64,000 nucleotides of DNA, taken from NCBI GenBank assembly GCA_030632085.1, contig DAOVJY010000001.1, positions 2,125-66,124 on the forward strand. Reading direction: 5' to 3'. A model generated the notes under the pieces. It had not been told where the DNA came from. It saw only the letters and a program-made list of their open reading frames with translations, and did not search any database. Every line of letters begins with the position of its first letter. Positions within the stretch are counted from its first letter, which is position 1. The position numbers and the translations under genes are program-made. Shown here in pieces: positions 49,628 through 58,803 of this stretch. This DNA comes from Candidatus Omnitrophota bacterium (GTDB lineage: Bacteria > Omnitrophota > Gorgyraeia > JAGLLT01).

Positions 49628-50962
49628 ATGAAAAAAATTAAAAAGGAATTATCTTTACTTGCGTTTTTACTGGTTATATGTTTTTTAGCTTGTAATTTAG
49701 TATACGCGGACGACAATATAGCCGGGGCTAAAGATACAAGAGACCTTGAGCTCTCAGATGAGAATAAAGCGAAACAAAGTGATATTAGGTTTTTTGGAAA
49801 AAAAGTAATTCCGATTTTAAATTTAGACCTTTTAGGTACTTATTCCAAAATTCAGGGACACAATGACACTACCGGCGCCATTGTTGACGTACTCGCCTCA
49901 CCCGCGATTAAAATTAATGATAACCATTATGTAATTCCGCTTTATAATTTCAACTATACCAGAGAACAACAAATTATAACTGAAGAAGAAGGCGGTTACT
50001 CCGTCCAACAAACACTTAACCACAACGTTTATTTAACTAATAAACTGAAATTAAATGATAAACTCACTACAAAAATAAGTGGTTTTGGAAGCTGGTCATA
50101 CAATAAAGAAACTAAAGATGAAAATTGGTCAAACGGACTTTATAACTATACCGATGTTGGCGGTATTATGGATTTCGAGTATGAACTGGGCGATATCCGG
50201 GATAACGTCTTTGATGAAGCCGGCTTAGAACTGGAATATTACAAGCGTAAATATCCTAACTTCAAATCTCTAATATCTCTTGCTTCTCCCACAGCTTCTG
50301 AAGAAGATGAAAAAGACTATGACGGCTTCAAGTTAATCTTCGGTTATTTAAGGGATAATCCTCAAGGATTATCTGTCGAAGCTGCATACCAGCCCCTCTG
50401 GAAAAAATATATTGACAAACTGGTTATTGGTTCTGACGGCGTTTTAATTGATGGAGATAAACGCGAGGACAACCGGCACGCCTTTGATCTAAACTTAAAA
50501 TATCCTACAACAAAACGCCTTACCTTATATCTTGAGAATGAACTCACGATTAACAACAGTAATCAAAACTTTTATGATTCTAAAGGTACTACAAGCCTAT
50601 CTGATGATGAATACATTTCCAACTATTATGATTACAACTCTTATATGATTAGGCCGAAAGTATCCTATGCTATCCCAGTTAAGGAAGAAAAAGACCTGAC
50701 TGTTCATCTTGCCTACGCGTATTTAGATAAACAATACAACGATCGCAAGGCTCAAAGTTCAACCGGCCTTTATATGAGTGAGGACGAAGAAGATCAATTC
50801 CACACCTTCAGCTTCGGGCTGTCATATCCTATAACTGAAAAAGTTAAAGCTATAGCTCTATTTGATTACACCATTGCCAAATCAAACATGGAATACGAGA
50901 AGTACTACAGATATAACTATGATTTGATGAGTATAGCTTGCGGTATATCCTGCAGATTTTAA
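49628..50962 (+). CDS. Probable outer-membrane beta-barrel protein
   Basis: Signal peptide, Tyr-rich alternating strands, C-terminal Phe (GISCRF). Confidence 0.72.
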   Translation: MKKIKKELSLLAFLLVICFLACNLVYADDNIAGAKDTRDLELSDENKAKQSDIRFFGKKVIPILNLDLLGTYSKIQGHNDTTGAIVDVLASPAIKINDNHYVIPLYNFNYTREQQIITEEEGGYSVQQTLNHNVYLTNKLKLNDKLTTKISGFGSWSYNKETKDENWSNGLYNYTDVGGIMDFEYELGDIRDNVFDEAGLELEYYKRKYPNFKSLISLASPTASEEDEKDYDGFKLIFGYLRDNPQGLSVEAAYQPLWKKYIDKLVIGSDGVLIDGDKREDNRHAFDLNLKYPTTKRLTLYLENELTINNSNQNFYDSKGTTSLSDDEYISNYYDYNSYMIRPKVSYAIPVKEEKDLTVHLAYAYLDKQYNDRKAQSSTGLYMSEDEEDQFHTFSFGLSYPITEKVKAIALFDYTIAKSNMEYEKYYRYNYDLMSIACGISCRF

Positions 50963-50965
50963 GAG

Positions 50966-51469
50966 TTACTGATCTCCAAATATCTGAAATTCAAATATTG
51001 AATAGCCGTAGTCAGAGTTTGCTTTCTGACTACACTGAATACGCACGTATCTGCCTTTAACTCTGCTGGAAAACTGAATGACTTGCAGCCCTTCATGGCC
51101 ATGATGTTCCGTAAAGACTGTTTTCCAAAGCTCACCATCTTCAGAAACCTGTATATGGTAAACTTTAGCGTACGCCGCCTCCCAAGCGATAATTATAGTT
51201 TTAATATATTTTCTCAGTCCATAGTCAAACTTAATCCAACTCTTGGCCTCACTATGATCCGAATCCCACCGAGTTACAAGACTATTATCAGCGGCCATAA
51301 TTGCCAAGCATTCACTACCGTTATCCGAAGAAGCAATTATCGTCCAGGGTTCATACCTATCTAAGTCCACAGTCATAGCACTGTCTGCCGGGGGCGTAAT
51401 TAAAAATATTGACACCAAAGATAATACCCCTATAAATAAAAACACGGCAATCTTACTTGATTTAATCAT
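50966..51469 (-). CDS. Discoidin (F5/8 type C, CBM32-like) domain protein
   Basis: ASS, D....TRWDS, WEAAYAK.Y.IQVS.DG..W, RYVRI, YSIFEF. Confidence 0.9.
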   Translation of the reverse strand: MIKSSKIAVFLFIGVLSLVSIFLITPPADSAMTVDLDRYEPWTIIASSDNGSECLAIMAADNSLVTRWDSDHSEAKSWIKFDYGLRKYIKTIIIAWEAAYAKVYHIQVSEDGELWKTVFTEHHGHEGLQVIQFSSRVKGRYVRIQCSQKANSDYGYSIFEFQIFGDQ

Positions 51470-51502
51470 CTCACATCTCCAATTAAATAACAGTTATTAA
51501 GG

Positions 51503-52069
51503 TCATATCGGCGTTCGGCCAACTTTTATAAAATATATATCTTTGTCTTTTAATTGATGAATAAAAGCTTTTAATTCCGCGTCTCCACGGTAGGGCCAGA
51601 AACCTAAAGCCTTAGCTTCCTGATAAGCCTCTTTAATAGTCCATGAGTCGGCAACAACCCTATACATAGCTATCATCGCGCCGGTAATGTCCCTGCCGTT
51701 TTTACAATGAACAAACACGGGAAAATTATTTTGATTAATCACAATATCTAAAAAAAGTAACACCTGTTCATCGGTCGGAGTCTCTTTCGCGCTCATAGGT
51801 ATATTGTAAAATTCCATACCAAAGGCTTGCGTCATAGCCCTTTCACTATTAACATCATCCGATGACTGCTGAAAGCTAACTATTGTTTTAATGCCCATAT
51901 TTTTAAGCCGGGTAAGCCCATCCATATCAGGCTCTCCGCCTCTATATAAATTTTGATTAACCTTATAGAAAGCGGGAATACTCTTAAAATTATCCGCGGC
52001 ATAATCAGCATGCGCGCAGCCGCAAATCATAAATAAAAAAACTAATAAAACGTTTATATATTTTTTCAT
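51503..52069 (-). CDS. Exported dual-specificity/tyrosine phosphatase-family protein (Siw14-like)
   Basis: LYRGGEP, GIKTIV, PVFVHCKNGRDITG, AMYR. Confidence 0.85.
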   Translation of the reverse strand: MKKYINVLLVFLFMICGCAHADYAADNFKSIPAFYKVNQNLYRGGEPDMDGLTRLKNMGIKTIVSFQQSSDDVNSERAMTQAFGMEFYNIPMSAKETPTDEQVLLFLDIVINQNNFPVFVHCKNGRDITGAMIAMYRVVADSWTIKEAYQEAKALGFWPYRGDAELKAFIHQLKDKDIYFIKVGRTPI

Positions 52070-53475
52070 TAAATTAATTCCGCCTCTTCACCTGTTTGAG
52101 GCAGATGAGCGTTATAACCCCGCCTTAGCAGGGAATCATGTAAACTCGTTGACTGATCTTCATCACCATGAACAATATATATATCTTTCAAAGATGTATT
52201 TGACTTTCTTACATAGTTAATCAAATCTTCTTTATCAGCATGGGCGCTAAACGCGTTTATTACCTCAACTTCCGCTTTAAGATTATATTCAACACCGAAG
52301 ATCTTCACTCGCGGATACCTCTCAACAAGGCGCCGTCCTAATGTATTTTTTGCCATATAGCCCACAATTAAAACCATATTCCTTTCATCCTCGATATTAT
52401 TCTTTAAGTGATGCAGTATTCTTCCGGCTTCACACATACCTGAAGCGGAAATAATTATCATGGGCCTTTTATCATCGTTAATCTTCTTTGATTCCTCAAC
52501 GCTCCTCGTAAGATGAAGGTTCTTTATGCCAAAAGGGCTCTCATCATTATAAAACATAGCTCGAGCTTCTTCGTCAAAGCATTCAACGCTCTTTTTAAAA
52601 ACACCGGTCACATTAACAGCCATGGGGCTATCTACATATATCGGCAGCTCGGGAATTCTTTTGCTCTTCATCAGCTCACCCAGATAATAGATTATCTCCT
52701 GCGATCTACCTAAGGCAAACGAAGGAATAATCACCTTGCCTCCGCGCTCCACCGTCCGATTGATATAAAATGTTAAATCATCCTCGGCGTACTTAATATC
52801 TCCACGAAGCCTGCCGCCATAAGTACTCTCAATTATTAAATAATCCAAAAAGCCTTTGGGTAAAAAAACCGGGTCTTTCAATAGAGGCATATTAGCCCTG
52901 CCTAAATCAACGGCATATGCCAGGTTAATCTCTTTTCCGCCCTTTGCCTTAATGTTAAGCACAACTATAGCCGAGCCAAGAATATGCCCGGCATCTATAA
53001 AAGTACAGCTGATATCTTCAGTCACCTGAAACTTACTATTATAAGCCTTGCCTTCAAATAAGTCGAGTGAGAGTTCGGCAATCCGGGTTGTATAAAGCGG
53101 CTTTCGCAAGGGCAGCCCTCTCCTTTTATTTATCTTATTTAAAAATTTAATGTTTTCTTCCTGTATATGGGCTGAATCTAAAAGCATAATTTTACACAAA
53201 TCAGCTGTAGCTTCAGTCGCGTATATCTTATTTTTAAAACCTTGCTTGGTGAAATTAGGGATATTGCCGCAATGGTCTATGTGGGCGTGGGAAACTATCA
53301 AGGCGTCTATCTTGGACGGCTTAAAAGCGAATTCACTGTTTATTCGATAGTAATCAGCTCTTTTACCTTGAAATAAACCGCAATCAATTAGAACCTTGCT
53401 TTTAGGAGTCTCAATCAAATGAGTGGAGCCGGTCACGGTTCTGACCCCTCCGCAAAATTTAACTTTTACTGCCAT
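52069..53475 (-). CDS. MBL-fold beta-CASP metallo-hydrolase (RNA processing)
   Basis: VTGS, DCGLFQG, SHAHIDHCG, AGHILGS, ESTYG, SGMCEAGRILHH, FSAHAD. Confidence 0.93.
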   Translation of the reverse strand: MAVKVKFCGGVRTVTGSTHLIETPKSKVLIDCGLFQGKRADYYRINSEFAFKPSKIDALIVSHAHIDHCGNIPNFTKQGFKNKIYATEATADLCKIMLLDSAHIQEENIKFLNKINKRRGLPLRKPLYTTRIAELSLDLFEGKAYNSKFQVTEDISCTFIDAGHILGSAIVVLNIKAKGGKEINLAYAVDLGRANMPLLKDPVFLPKGFLDYLIIESTYGGRLRGDIKYAEDDLTFYINRTVERGGKVIIPSFALGRSQEIIYYLGELMKSKRIPELPIYVDSPMAVNVTGVFKKSVECFDEEARAMFYNDESPFGIKNLHLTRSVEESKKINDDKRPMIIISASGMCEAGRILHHLKNNIEDERNMVLIVGYMAKNTLGRRLVERYPRVKIFGVEYNLKAEVEVINAFSAHADKEDLINYVRKSNTSLKDIYIVHGDEDQSTSLHDSLLRRGYNAHLPQTGEEAELI

Positions 53476-53487
53476 ATTACGCCTTTC

Positions 53488-53958
53488 TTATCGAGTTTTT
53501 TTTATATTTTTAAAACGTGGTAATATTTTATAAGCATCAAAATTATACCACATTCTATAGAATAATGAATATGGTAAAAAAGCTTTTCGAAAGGTGCTAT
53601 CAATAATCAGGTGCCCCAACATCCCCAAAGAAAGGGCCATGGAATACTTGCCCCACCCAAAAAAGAGGCCCGTTATATAAATTAATATAATTAATTCCCA
53701 AGAATGAAAATATACATATATTTTTCCTGATTTTAAATAACCGATAAAAACAAACTTTTTTAAATCAAATTTAAATCCGTAATGGCTAAAGTAATCTATG
53801 AAGTGATCTAAATCTATTAAAATACCGCCAATTACCACCAGAACAACCAATATAAAGCTTGAATAAAATTTGTATATCAATAATGATAATATTGATGTTA
53901 CGATTAAATGAGTTGATAAATCAACGGCAAGATGCTTATATTTATTAGTGCTAATCAA
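53488..53958 (-). CDS. Membrane-bound metal-dependent hydrolase-like protein
   Basis: TM helices; IDLDH, FHSWE, GHLIID. Confidence 0.7.
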   Translation of the reverse strand: MISTNKYKHLAVDLSTHLIVTSILSLLIYKFYSSFILVVLVVIGGILIDLDHFIDYFSHYGFKFDLKKFVFIGYLKSGKIYVYFHSWELIILIYITGLFFGWGKYSMALSLGMLGHLIIDSTFRKAFLPYSLFYRMWYNFDAYKILPRFKNIKKTR

Positions 53959-54292
53959 AATTCAAATCTTCCCTTTTGATTACTTTTATACCTGAGTCTT
54001 CATCTTTTTCTTTTAAAACATCTACGATATCAAACTTCTCACCTGTCGCCATACGAGAGTCAAGAGAAGGATAGTCTCTCTGAATTGCTTGAACTTCATT
54101 CTTGTTTAAAACTATTATCATAATGGAGGTTTTAACCGCCATTTTTTCATCATCCTCTTTTATTATCCGGCCTTCATAAATATTACCGTTTTTAAGATGA
54201 ATTATATCGGCCGCCGCCGCGCTCACAAGAAACAAACAAAGAAAACATACCATTAATACAATTCTCTTCATATCTTTCACCTCATATATCAA
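53951..54292 (-). CDS. Small exported hypothetical protein
   Basis: Signal peptide ending AAAA; IHLKNG..YEG.II.E domain like the N-terminus of 28907..30151. Confidence 0.65.
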   Translation of the reverse strand: MIYEVKDMKRIVLMVCFLCLFLVSAAAADIIHLKNGNIYEGRIIKEDDEKMAVKTSIMIIVLNKNEVQAIQRDYPSLDSRMATGEKFDIVDVLKEKDEDSGIKVIKREDLNFD

Positions 54293-54319
54293 GACGTTCG
54301 CCTTCGCTCACTCTAAGAA

Positions 54320-54545
54320 TTAAGACACAAAATATAACCAATCATCAATAATCAAGTTACAAGATACAAACAATATTCAAATTCCAACATCCAAGCACCA
54401 AACTGCTATCCTTGCTTTGCTTCGGTTTGATTATTTGACCCTTCAATGTTAATCAGGGTCAATCCTGAGCGCAATCGAAGGATTGAATTTGTTATGGTTA
54501 TTGGTCATTGTTTGGTTATTGTCTCTTGTATCTTGTTTCTTGTTT
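54320..54545. repeat. Heptamer tract with inverted arms
   Basis: Left CAATCAT/CAATAAT/CAAGTTA/CAAGATA units, right TTGGTCA/TTGGTTA/CTTGTAT units; CAAGATACAAACAATATTCAA shared with 17728-17748. Confidence 0.75.
54435..54486 (-). repeat. REP-like bipartite palindromic element (copy 3, inverted)
   Basis: Reverse complement TCAA-TCCTTCGATTGCGCTCAGGA-TTGA-CCCTGATTAACATTGAAGGG-TCAA. Confidence 0.85.
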
Positions 54546-54677
54546 TTTTTATCCGCTCTAAAAATTAAGTTTTTTTATTTAATCCCGTGTTCAAATCCTG
54601 CTTTTAACTTAATCCCATTTTTTAGCACTTAGCATATAGTAAGTTTACAAATAATTATCTTTTTAGTTTTTTGTCTT

Positions 54678-54740
54678 TTGCTTCTAACTTAATCCTTAGA
54701 GCTCACCATCAGTTTGTTGGTGGTGAGCGCCTTAATCCCT
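54678..54740. repeat. 63-bp dispersed hairpin element (copy 2)
   Basis: Matches 3089..3151 except in the right hairpin arm and loop. Confidence 0.85.
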
Positions 54741-54769
54741 AATCCTATTTTATTATATCATATAAAGAA

Positions 54770-55309
54770 TTAATCGGAAGCCTTAAAATCCTTGAAATCA
54801 TAAACCTTTAGTAAATTTATAGCTCGCTTATCTTTTCTAATCTCAAAGTGTAAATGCGTTATCATATCAGTTATATTGGCATTGCCGCTCTTGCCCACCT
54901 CGCCAATAACCTGTCCTTGCCTAACCCAACGCTTAGGCTTAATATAGACTTTATTAAGATGCAGATAATATGATTTAGTCCCATCGCGATGGCTAACAAC
55001 CAAATAGCTGCCTGATAAATCATCATACGAAACCTTCTCCACCCATCCGCATTTACAGGCTAAAACGGGCGTTCCAACCTCAGCCGTTAAATCAATCCCT
55101 CGATGCCTGTAGCCTCTCCTGGGCGCCCCAAAGTGCCCATCTCCGTACTTATCCACTCTTATAACTATAGGAATCTCCGCTGGTAGAGGTTTAATGATAT
55201 CGTATTCATCAATAAAATAATAATCATAAAAAAAGCAGGCACCCAAAACCAATGCGGCTATGATTATGACTGCTATGATTGTTTTCTTAAAGTTATATTT
55301 TAATTTCAT
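54770..55309 (-). CDS. M23 family metallopeptidase
   Basis: N-terminal TM; HRGIDL, YLHL, IGEVGKSGN, HLHFE. Confidence 0.92.
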   Translation of the reverse strand: MKLKYNFKKTIIAVIIIAALVLGACFFYDYYFIDEYDIIKPLPAEIPIVIRVDKYGDGHFGAPRRGYRHRGIDLTAEVGTPVLACKCGWVEKVSYDDLSGSYLVVSHRDGTKSYYLHLNKVYIKPKRWVRQGQVIGEVGKSGNANITDMITHLHFEIRKDKRAINLLKVYDFKDFKASD

Positions 55310-55316
55310 TAGGTAT

Positions 55317-57251
55317 TTATAGCACCTTTAGCGCGATTATGGTTATATCATCATGCTGAGGCGCTTTACCGCAGAATTCGGCAAGATCGGCTCTTAAGGC
55401 CTCCAGAATGCCGGCCGCGCCCTTTTGATGATTGGCCTTCGTAACCTCTTTTATCCTTTGAAATCCATACTCTTCTTTTTTTAGGTTTCTCGCTTCACTA
55501 ACCCCGTCAGTATAAAAAATTAAGGCATCTCCGTGAGCCAGCGTAAACTCTTTCTCGTCAAATTCAACATCAGGCATCAGGCCTAAGGGCATACCTTTAG
55601 TGGGCCTTTCCTCAACAACCTCATTATCAACGGCTTTATAATGCATTAAGGGCAAATGCCCACCATCAGCTAAAATAACTTTTTTACTCTTAGCATCAAT
55701 TATAGGATACGACACCGTAACAAATAATCCCGTTTTAGTTCCTTTTTGAAGCTCATTATTTAGACGCTTTAAGACTTCATCCGGCTTATCAACCTCATTT
55801 GACCAACTCTTAAATTCAGTAACAATCCTTACCATAAATAAAGCTGCCGGAATACCTTTACCAGAAACATCGGCTATCATAATACCAAACTTATCATTAG
55901 GTAACTTTACGAATTGATACAGGTCGCCTCCCACCTGCTTGGCGGCATTCATGTTAGCGGCTACATCAAACCCCTCAATCTTAAGAGGTTCCTGCGGCAG
56001 AAAACTTTCCTGGATGCGGCGGGCCACTTCTAATTCTTTTCCCAGGAACTCCCCTCTGTGCATTTCTAAAATAAGCCCGTAAAAGGTCATCGCCAAATAA
56101 AGAAAAACACTAAATGATACCGGATAAAATAAATCTATCCATATTCCCTTATATATAAACAAAACGAAACTTAATACAATAAAGCCCGCGATAGCGATAA
56201 TATTAAGAAATAAGCCTTTGTAGACAGTATGCCTGCTAAGCGCGATTACAACAAAAGACAACCCCAGAAGAATCAGGATGTTTATCCAGCGCTCTACTCT
56301 TACAACATACTGATTAGTGGTTATTGAATTAAAAAGATTGAGGTGGGCTCCCACGCCCGGATACCTTTCCTCAACGGGAGCCGGATGCATATCAAAAAGG
56401 CCGGTAGCGGTTAAAGCTACATAACAAACCTTATCTTTAAGATCTTTTAAGTCAACAACACTCTTGCCCATAACTTCCGTAGACTCAGAATAACAATGCG
56501 CGTCTAAAATATCTATAAAGGAATAGTGTTTATATATTTTACCCCATTTATCTATATAGTTTATTAAAGCCTCATTTTTATTGTTTATAGGAATAACGGC
56601 CTTATCCGCCAACTTGATATAATCACCTTTATCAAAAATAATTTCATCATCCCTAAGGCCATAATAATCCTTAACGGCTGTTAAGGTCAAATGAGGATAA
56701 TAGTTATCTTCATACTTCACATAAAGGGGTATCTTCCTATACTTTCCGTCAATATCAGGCACTATATTAATGTGCCCGCTTCCGGCAGCCGCTTTATTTA
56801 ATCTTTTAATAATAACATCCTCATAGCATTCAGCCGTAACTTCATCATCTTTTGAATAATCAATGATAAAACTATAAGGGTAATAGGCCTTACCGTAATC
56901 CTTTGTAGCTTTTATCAAATGGTCATCAAAATCGCTCGGCTCGGAAAATAGAATATCAAAAATTGCCATTCTTGCCCCGGCCTGCCTTAAGGCCTCAATA
57001 AGATGGGCATGATATATTCTCTGAAAAGGCCAAGAACCAATTCTCTCAATATCATAAGAAGATATCTCAATAATTACAATATCGGAATTTACTTTCTGTG
57101 ATTTATTAAAGGCGGGCCTTAACTGAAAACGCCGGTCAAGAGTTTGGAGTTCAAATATCTCAAATATCCTAAAATAACTTAATAATAGGATAATTACCGC
57201 GCATAGAGATAAAAGAAAATATTTTATTATCTGTTGTCGATATTTACGCAT
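55317..57251 (-). CDS. CHASE2-domain PP2C/SpoIIE (RsbU-like) phosphatase
   Basis: CHASE2 (WPFQR, FDILFSEP, PDIDGKYR, PGVGAH), 3 TM, then ARRIQESFLP, VGGDLY, DVSGKG, YTDG, DDIT. Confidence 0.92.
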   Translation of the reverse strand: MRKYRQQIIKYFLLSLCAVIILLLSYFRIFEIFELQTLDRRFQLRPAFNKSQKVNSDIVIIEISSYDIERIGSWPFQRIYHAHLIEALRQAGARMAIFDILFSEPSDFDDHLIKATKDYGKAYYPYSFIIDYSKDDEVTAECYEDVIIKRLNKAAAGSGHINIVPDIDGKYRKIPLYVKYEDNYYPHLTLTAVKDYYGLRDDEIIFDKGDYIKLADKAVIPINNKNEALINYIDKWGKIYKHYSFIDILDAHCYSESTEVMGKSVVDLKDLKDKVCYVALTATGLFDMHPAPVEERYPGVGAHLNLFNSITTNQYVVRVERWINILILLGLSFVVIALSRHTVYKGLFLNIIAIAGFIVLSFVLFIYKGIWIDLFYPVSFSVFLYLAMTFYGLILEMHRGEFLGKELEVARRIQESFLPQEPLKIEGFDVAANMNAAKQVGGDLYQFVKLPNDKFGIMIADVSGKGIPAALFMVRIVTEFKSWSNEVDKPDEVLKRLNNELQKGTKTGLFVTVSYPIIDAKSKKVILADGGHLPLMHYKAVDNEVVEERPTKGMPLGLMPDVEFDEKEFTLAHGDALIFYTDGVSEARNLKKEEYGFQRIKEVTKANHQKGAAGILEALRADLAEFCGKAPQHDDITIIALKVL

Positions 57252-57263
57252 TAAATAAGTATC

Positions 57264-57977
57264 TTAATTTAAAGTTCCCTTTTGTATATCACTTCCGCTA
57301 TCTTGAGATTTCTTAATCTTTCTATCTTTCTTTTTAGAAGCCTTAGTGTCTGTATCATCAGACTTGATAAGAAGTTTCCAGGGGTGAGCTTTTAAGTCGG
57401 CGCTAAAATCTTTAAAGTTTTCCGTAGTCGCTTCGATATTTTTAAGTGTCATATCAACTTCTTTTCTACTTACCATTTCATTAATATGCCCGGTTAATTT
57501 ATTAACATTTTTTATAGCTTCATCTAAATTCACAGCCATATCATCAGCCTTATCCATAAGAGCTTCCAATCTGAAAGGATCTTCACCTCTGATAGGTTTT
57601 GCGGGATTTCTAAAGGGACTGCCGGTACTGCCGCCGCTTATTTCAATATATTTCTCACCCATTAATCCCAGGGTCGTAATATAAAACTTTGAATCATCTC
57701 TAACTTTAGCCCCATCATTCATAAAGAGATCAACGGCAACATGAGTTTTTTCCTGATCACAAATAATCCGGATATTTTTAACATATCCAACTTCCGCTCC
57801 GCAAAGCCTAACCGGAGAATGAGTTCTGAGGCCGCTGACGTAGTCATAAAAGACACGCAAAGTATACCCATCCTTTTTAAAATGCAGAGCACCGGTTGAA
57901 TAAATAAATGTAAGAACAATAAAAAAGACAACGATAAGCATTAATCCCGTTTTAAATTCATTTGTAACCTTGGGCAT
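57264..57977 (-). CDS. mlaD: MCE/MlaD family protein
   Basis: N-terminal TM; VSGL..SPVRLCGAEVGYV, GLMGEKYIEI..G; helical tail. Confidence 0.88.
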   Translation of the reverse strand: MPKVTNEFKTGLMLIVVFFIVLTFIYSTGALHFKKDGYTLRVFYDYVSGLRTHSPVRLCGAEVGYVKNIRIICDQEKTHVAVDLFMNDGAKVRDDSKFYITTLGLMGEKYIEISGGSTGSPFRNPAKPIRGEDPFRLEALMDKADDMAVNLDEAIKNVNKLTGHINEMVSRKEVDMTLKNIEATTENFKDFSADLKAHPWKLLIKSDDTDTKASKKKDRKIKKSQDSGSDIQKGTLN

Positions 57978-57988
57978 AGTTTAACTCC

Positions 57989-58795
57989 TTATTTCTCGGT
58001 TAATTCTTTTAAATAATTATCGCCTTTTTGTAAAAACGAAATCGGGCCTTCCGGCTTACCGTTAATAAACTGCTGAACAAGTTCATCCTTTGAATTTTTT
58101 ATTTCTTCCCGTGTGCCCACGGTGACAATTTCTCCTTTATGAAGCATGGCTATACGGCTGGCTATTCTAAAAACACTCTGCATATCATGGGTTACCACCA
58201 CGGAAGTTACAGCAAGCTTCTTAGAAAAATCAAGTATGAGCTGGTCTATAACACCGGCAACAACCGGGTCTAAACCGGCTGTGGGCTCATCATAAAATAC
58301 AAAGACCGGATCAAGCGCGATAGCTCTGGCTAAGGCGGCCCTCTTGTTCATACCGCCGGAAATTTCACATGGTAAAAGGCTGCCCATACCGCGCATACTT
58401 ACCATACTTAGCTTCAAATTAACTATAATATCTATTACACTTTCATCTAAATTAGTATGCTCTCTCAAGGGCAAGGCAATATTATTCCTAATATTCATAT
58501 AATCAATTAAACCGCCTGACTGAAAAAGCATACCTATTCTGCGCCTTATCTTATCAAGCTCTCTCTGAGGCACAGCATTAATATCCTGGCCTTCAATTAA
58601 CACCTGCCCTTCATCCGGGCGCAATATTCCGATAATATGCCTTAAAAGCGTACTCTTGCCGCAGCCGGAACCTCCCATAATAACCATAACTTCACCTTTA
58701 TAAATCTGAAGGTCGACACCGTTTAAAATACGCCGCCCGGCAAAACTCTTAACTAAATTTTTCACTTCTATAACCGGTTTTTCTTTATCTTCCAT
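57989..58795 (-). CDS. mlaF: MlaF-type ABC ATPase
   Basis: GGSGCGKST, LFQSG, ISGGM.KR.ALARA, YDEPTAGLDP, VTHD, VQQFI.G. Confidence 0.9.
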   Translation of the reverse strand: MEDKEKPVIEVKNLVKSFAGRRILNGVDLQIYKGEVMVIMGGSGCGKSTLLRHIIGILRPDEGQVLIEGQDINAVPQRELDKIRRRIGMLFQSGGLIDYMNIRNNIALPLREHTNLDESVIDIIVNLKLSMVSMRGMGSLLPCEISGGMNKRAALARAIALDPVFVFYDEPTAGLDPVVAGVIDQLILDFSKKLAVTSVVVTHDMQSVFRIASRIAMLHKGEIVTVGTREEIKNSKDELVQQFINGKPEGPISFLQKGDNYLKELTEK

Positions 58796-58803
58796 AATCT
58801 TCC

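Noticed and set aside
2862-54545. Heptamer tracts and dispersed palindromes as a CRISPR array
   Set aside because: No constant 25-45-bp repeat with unique spacers, and no cas genes in the window.
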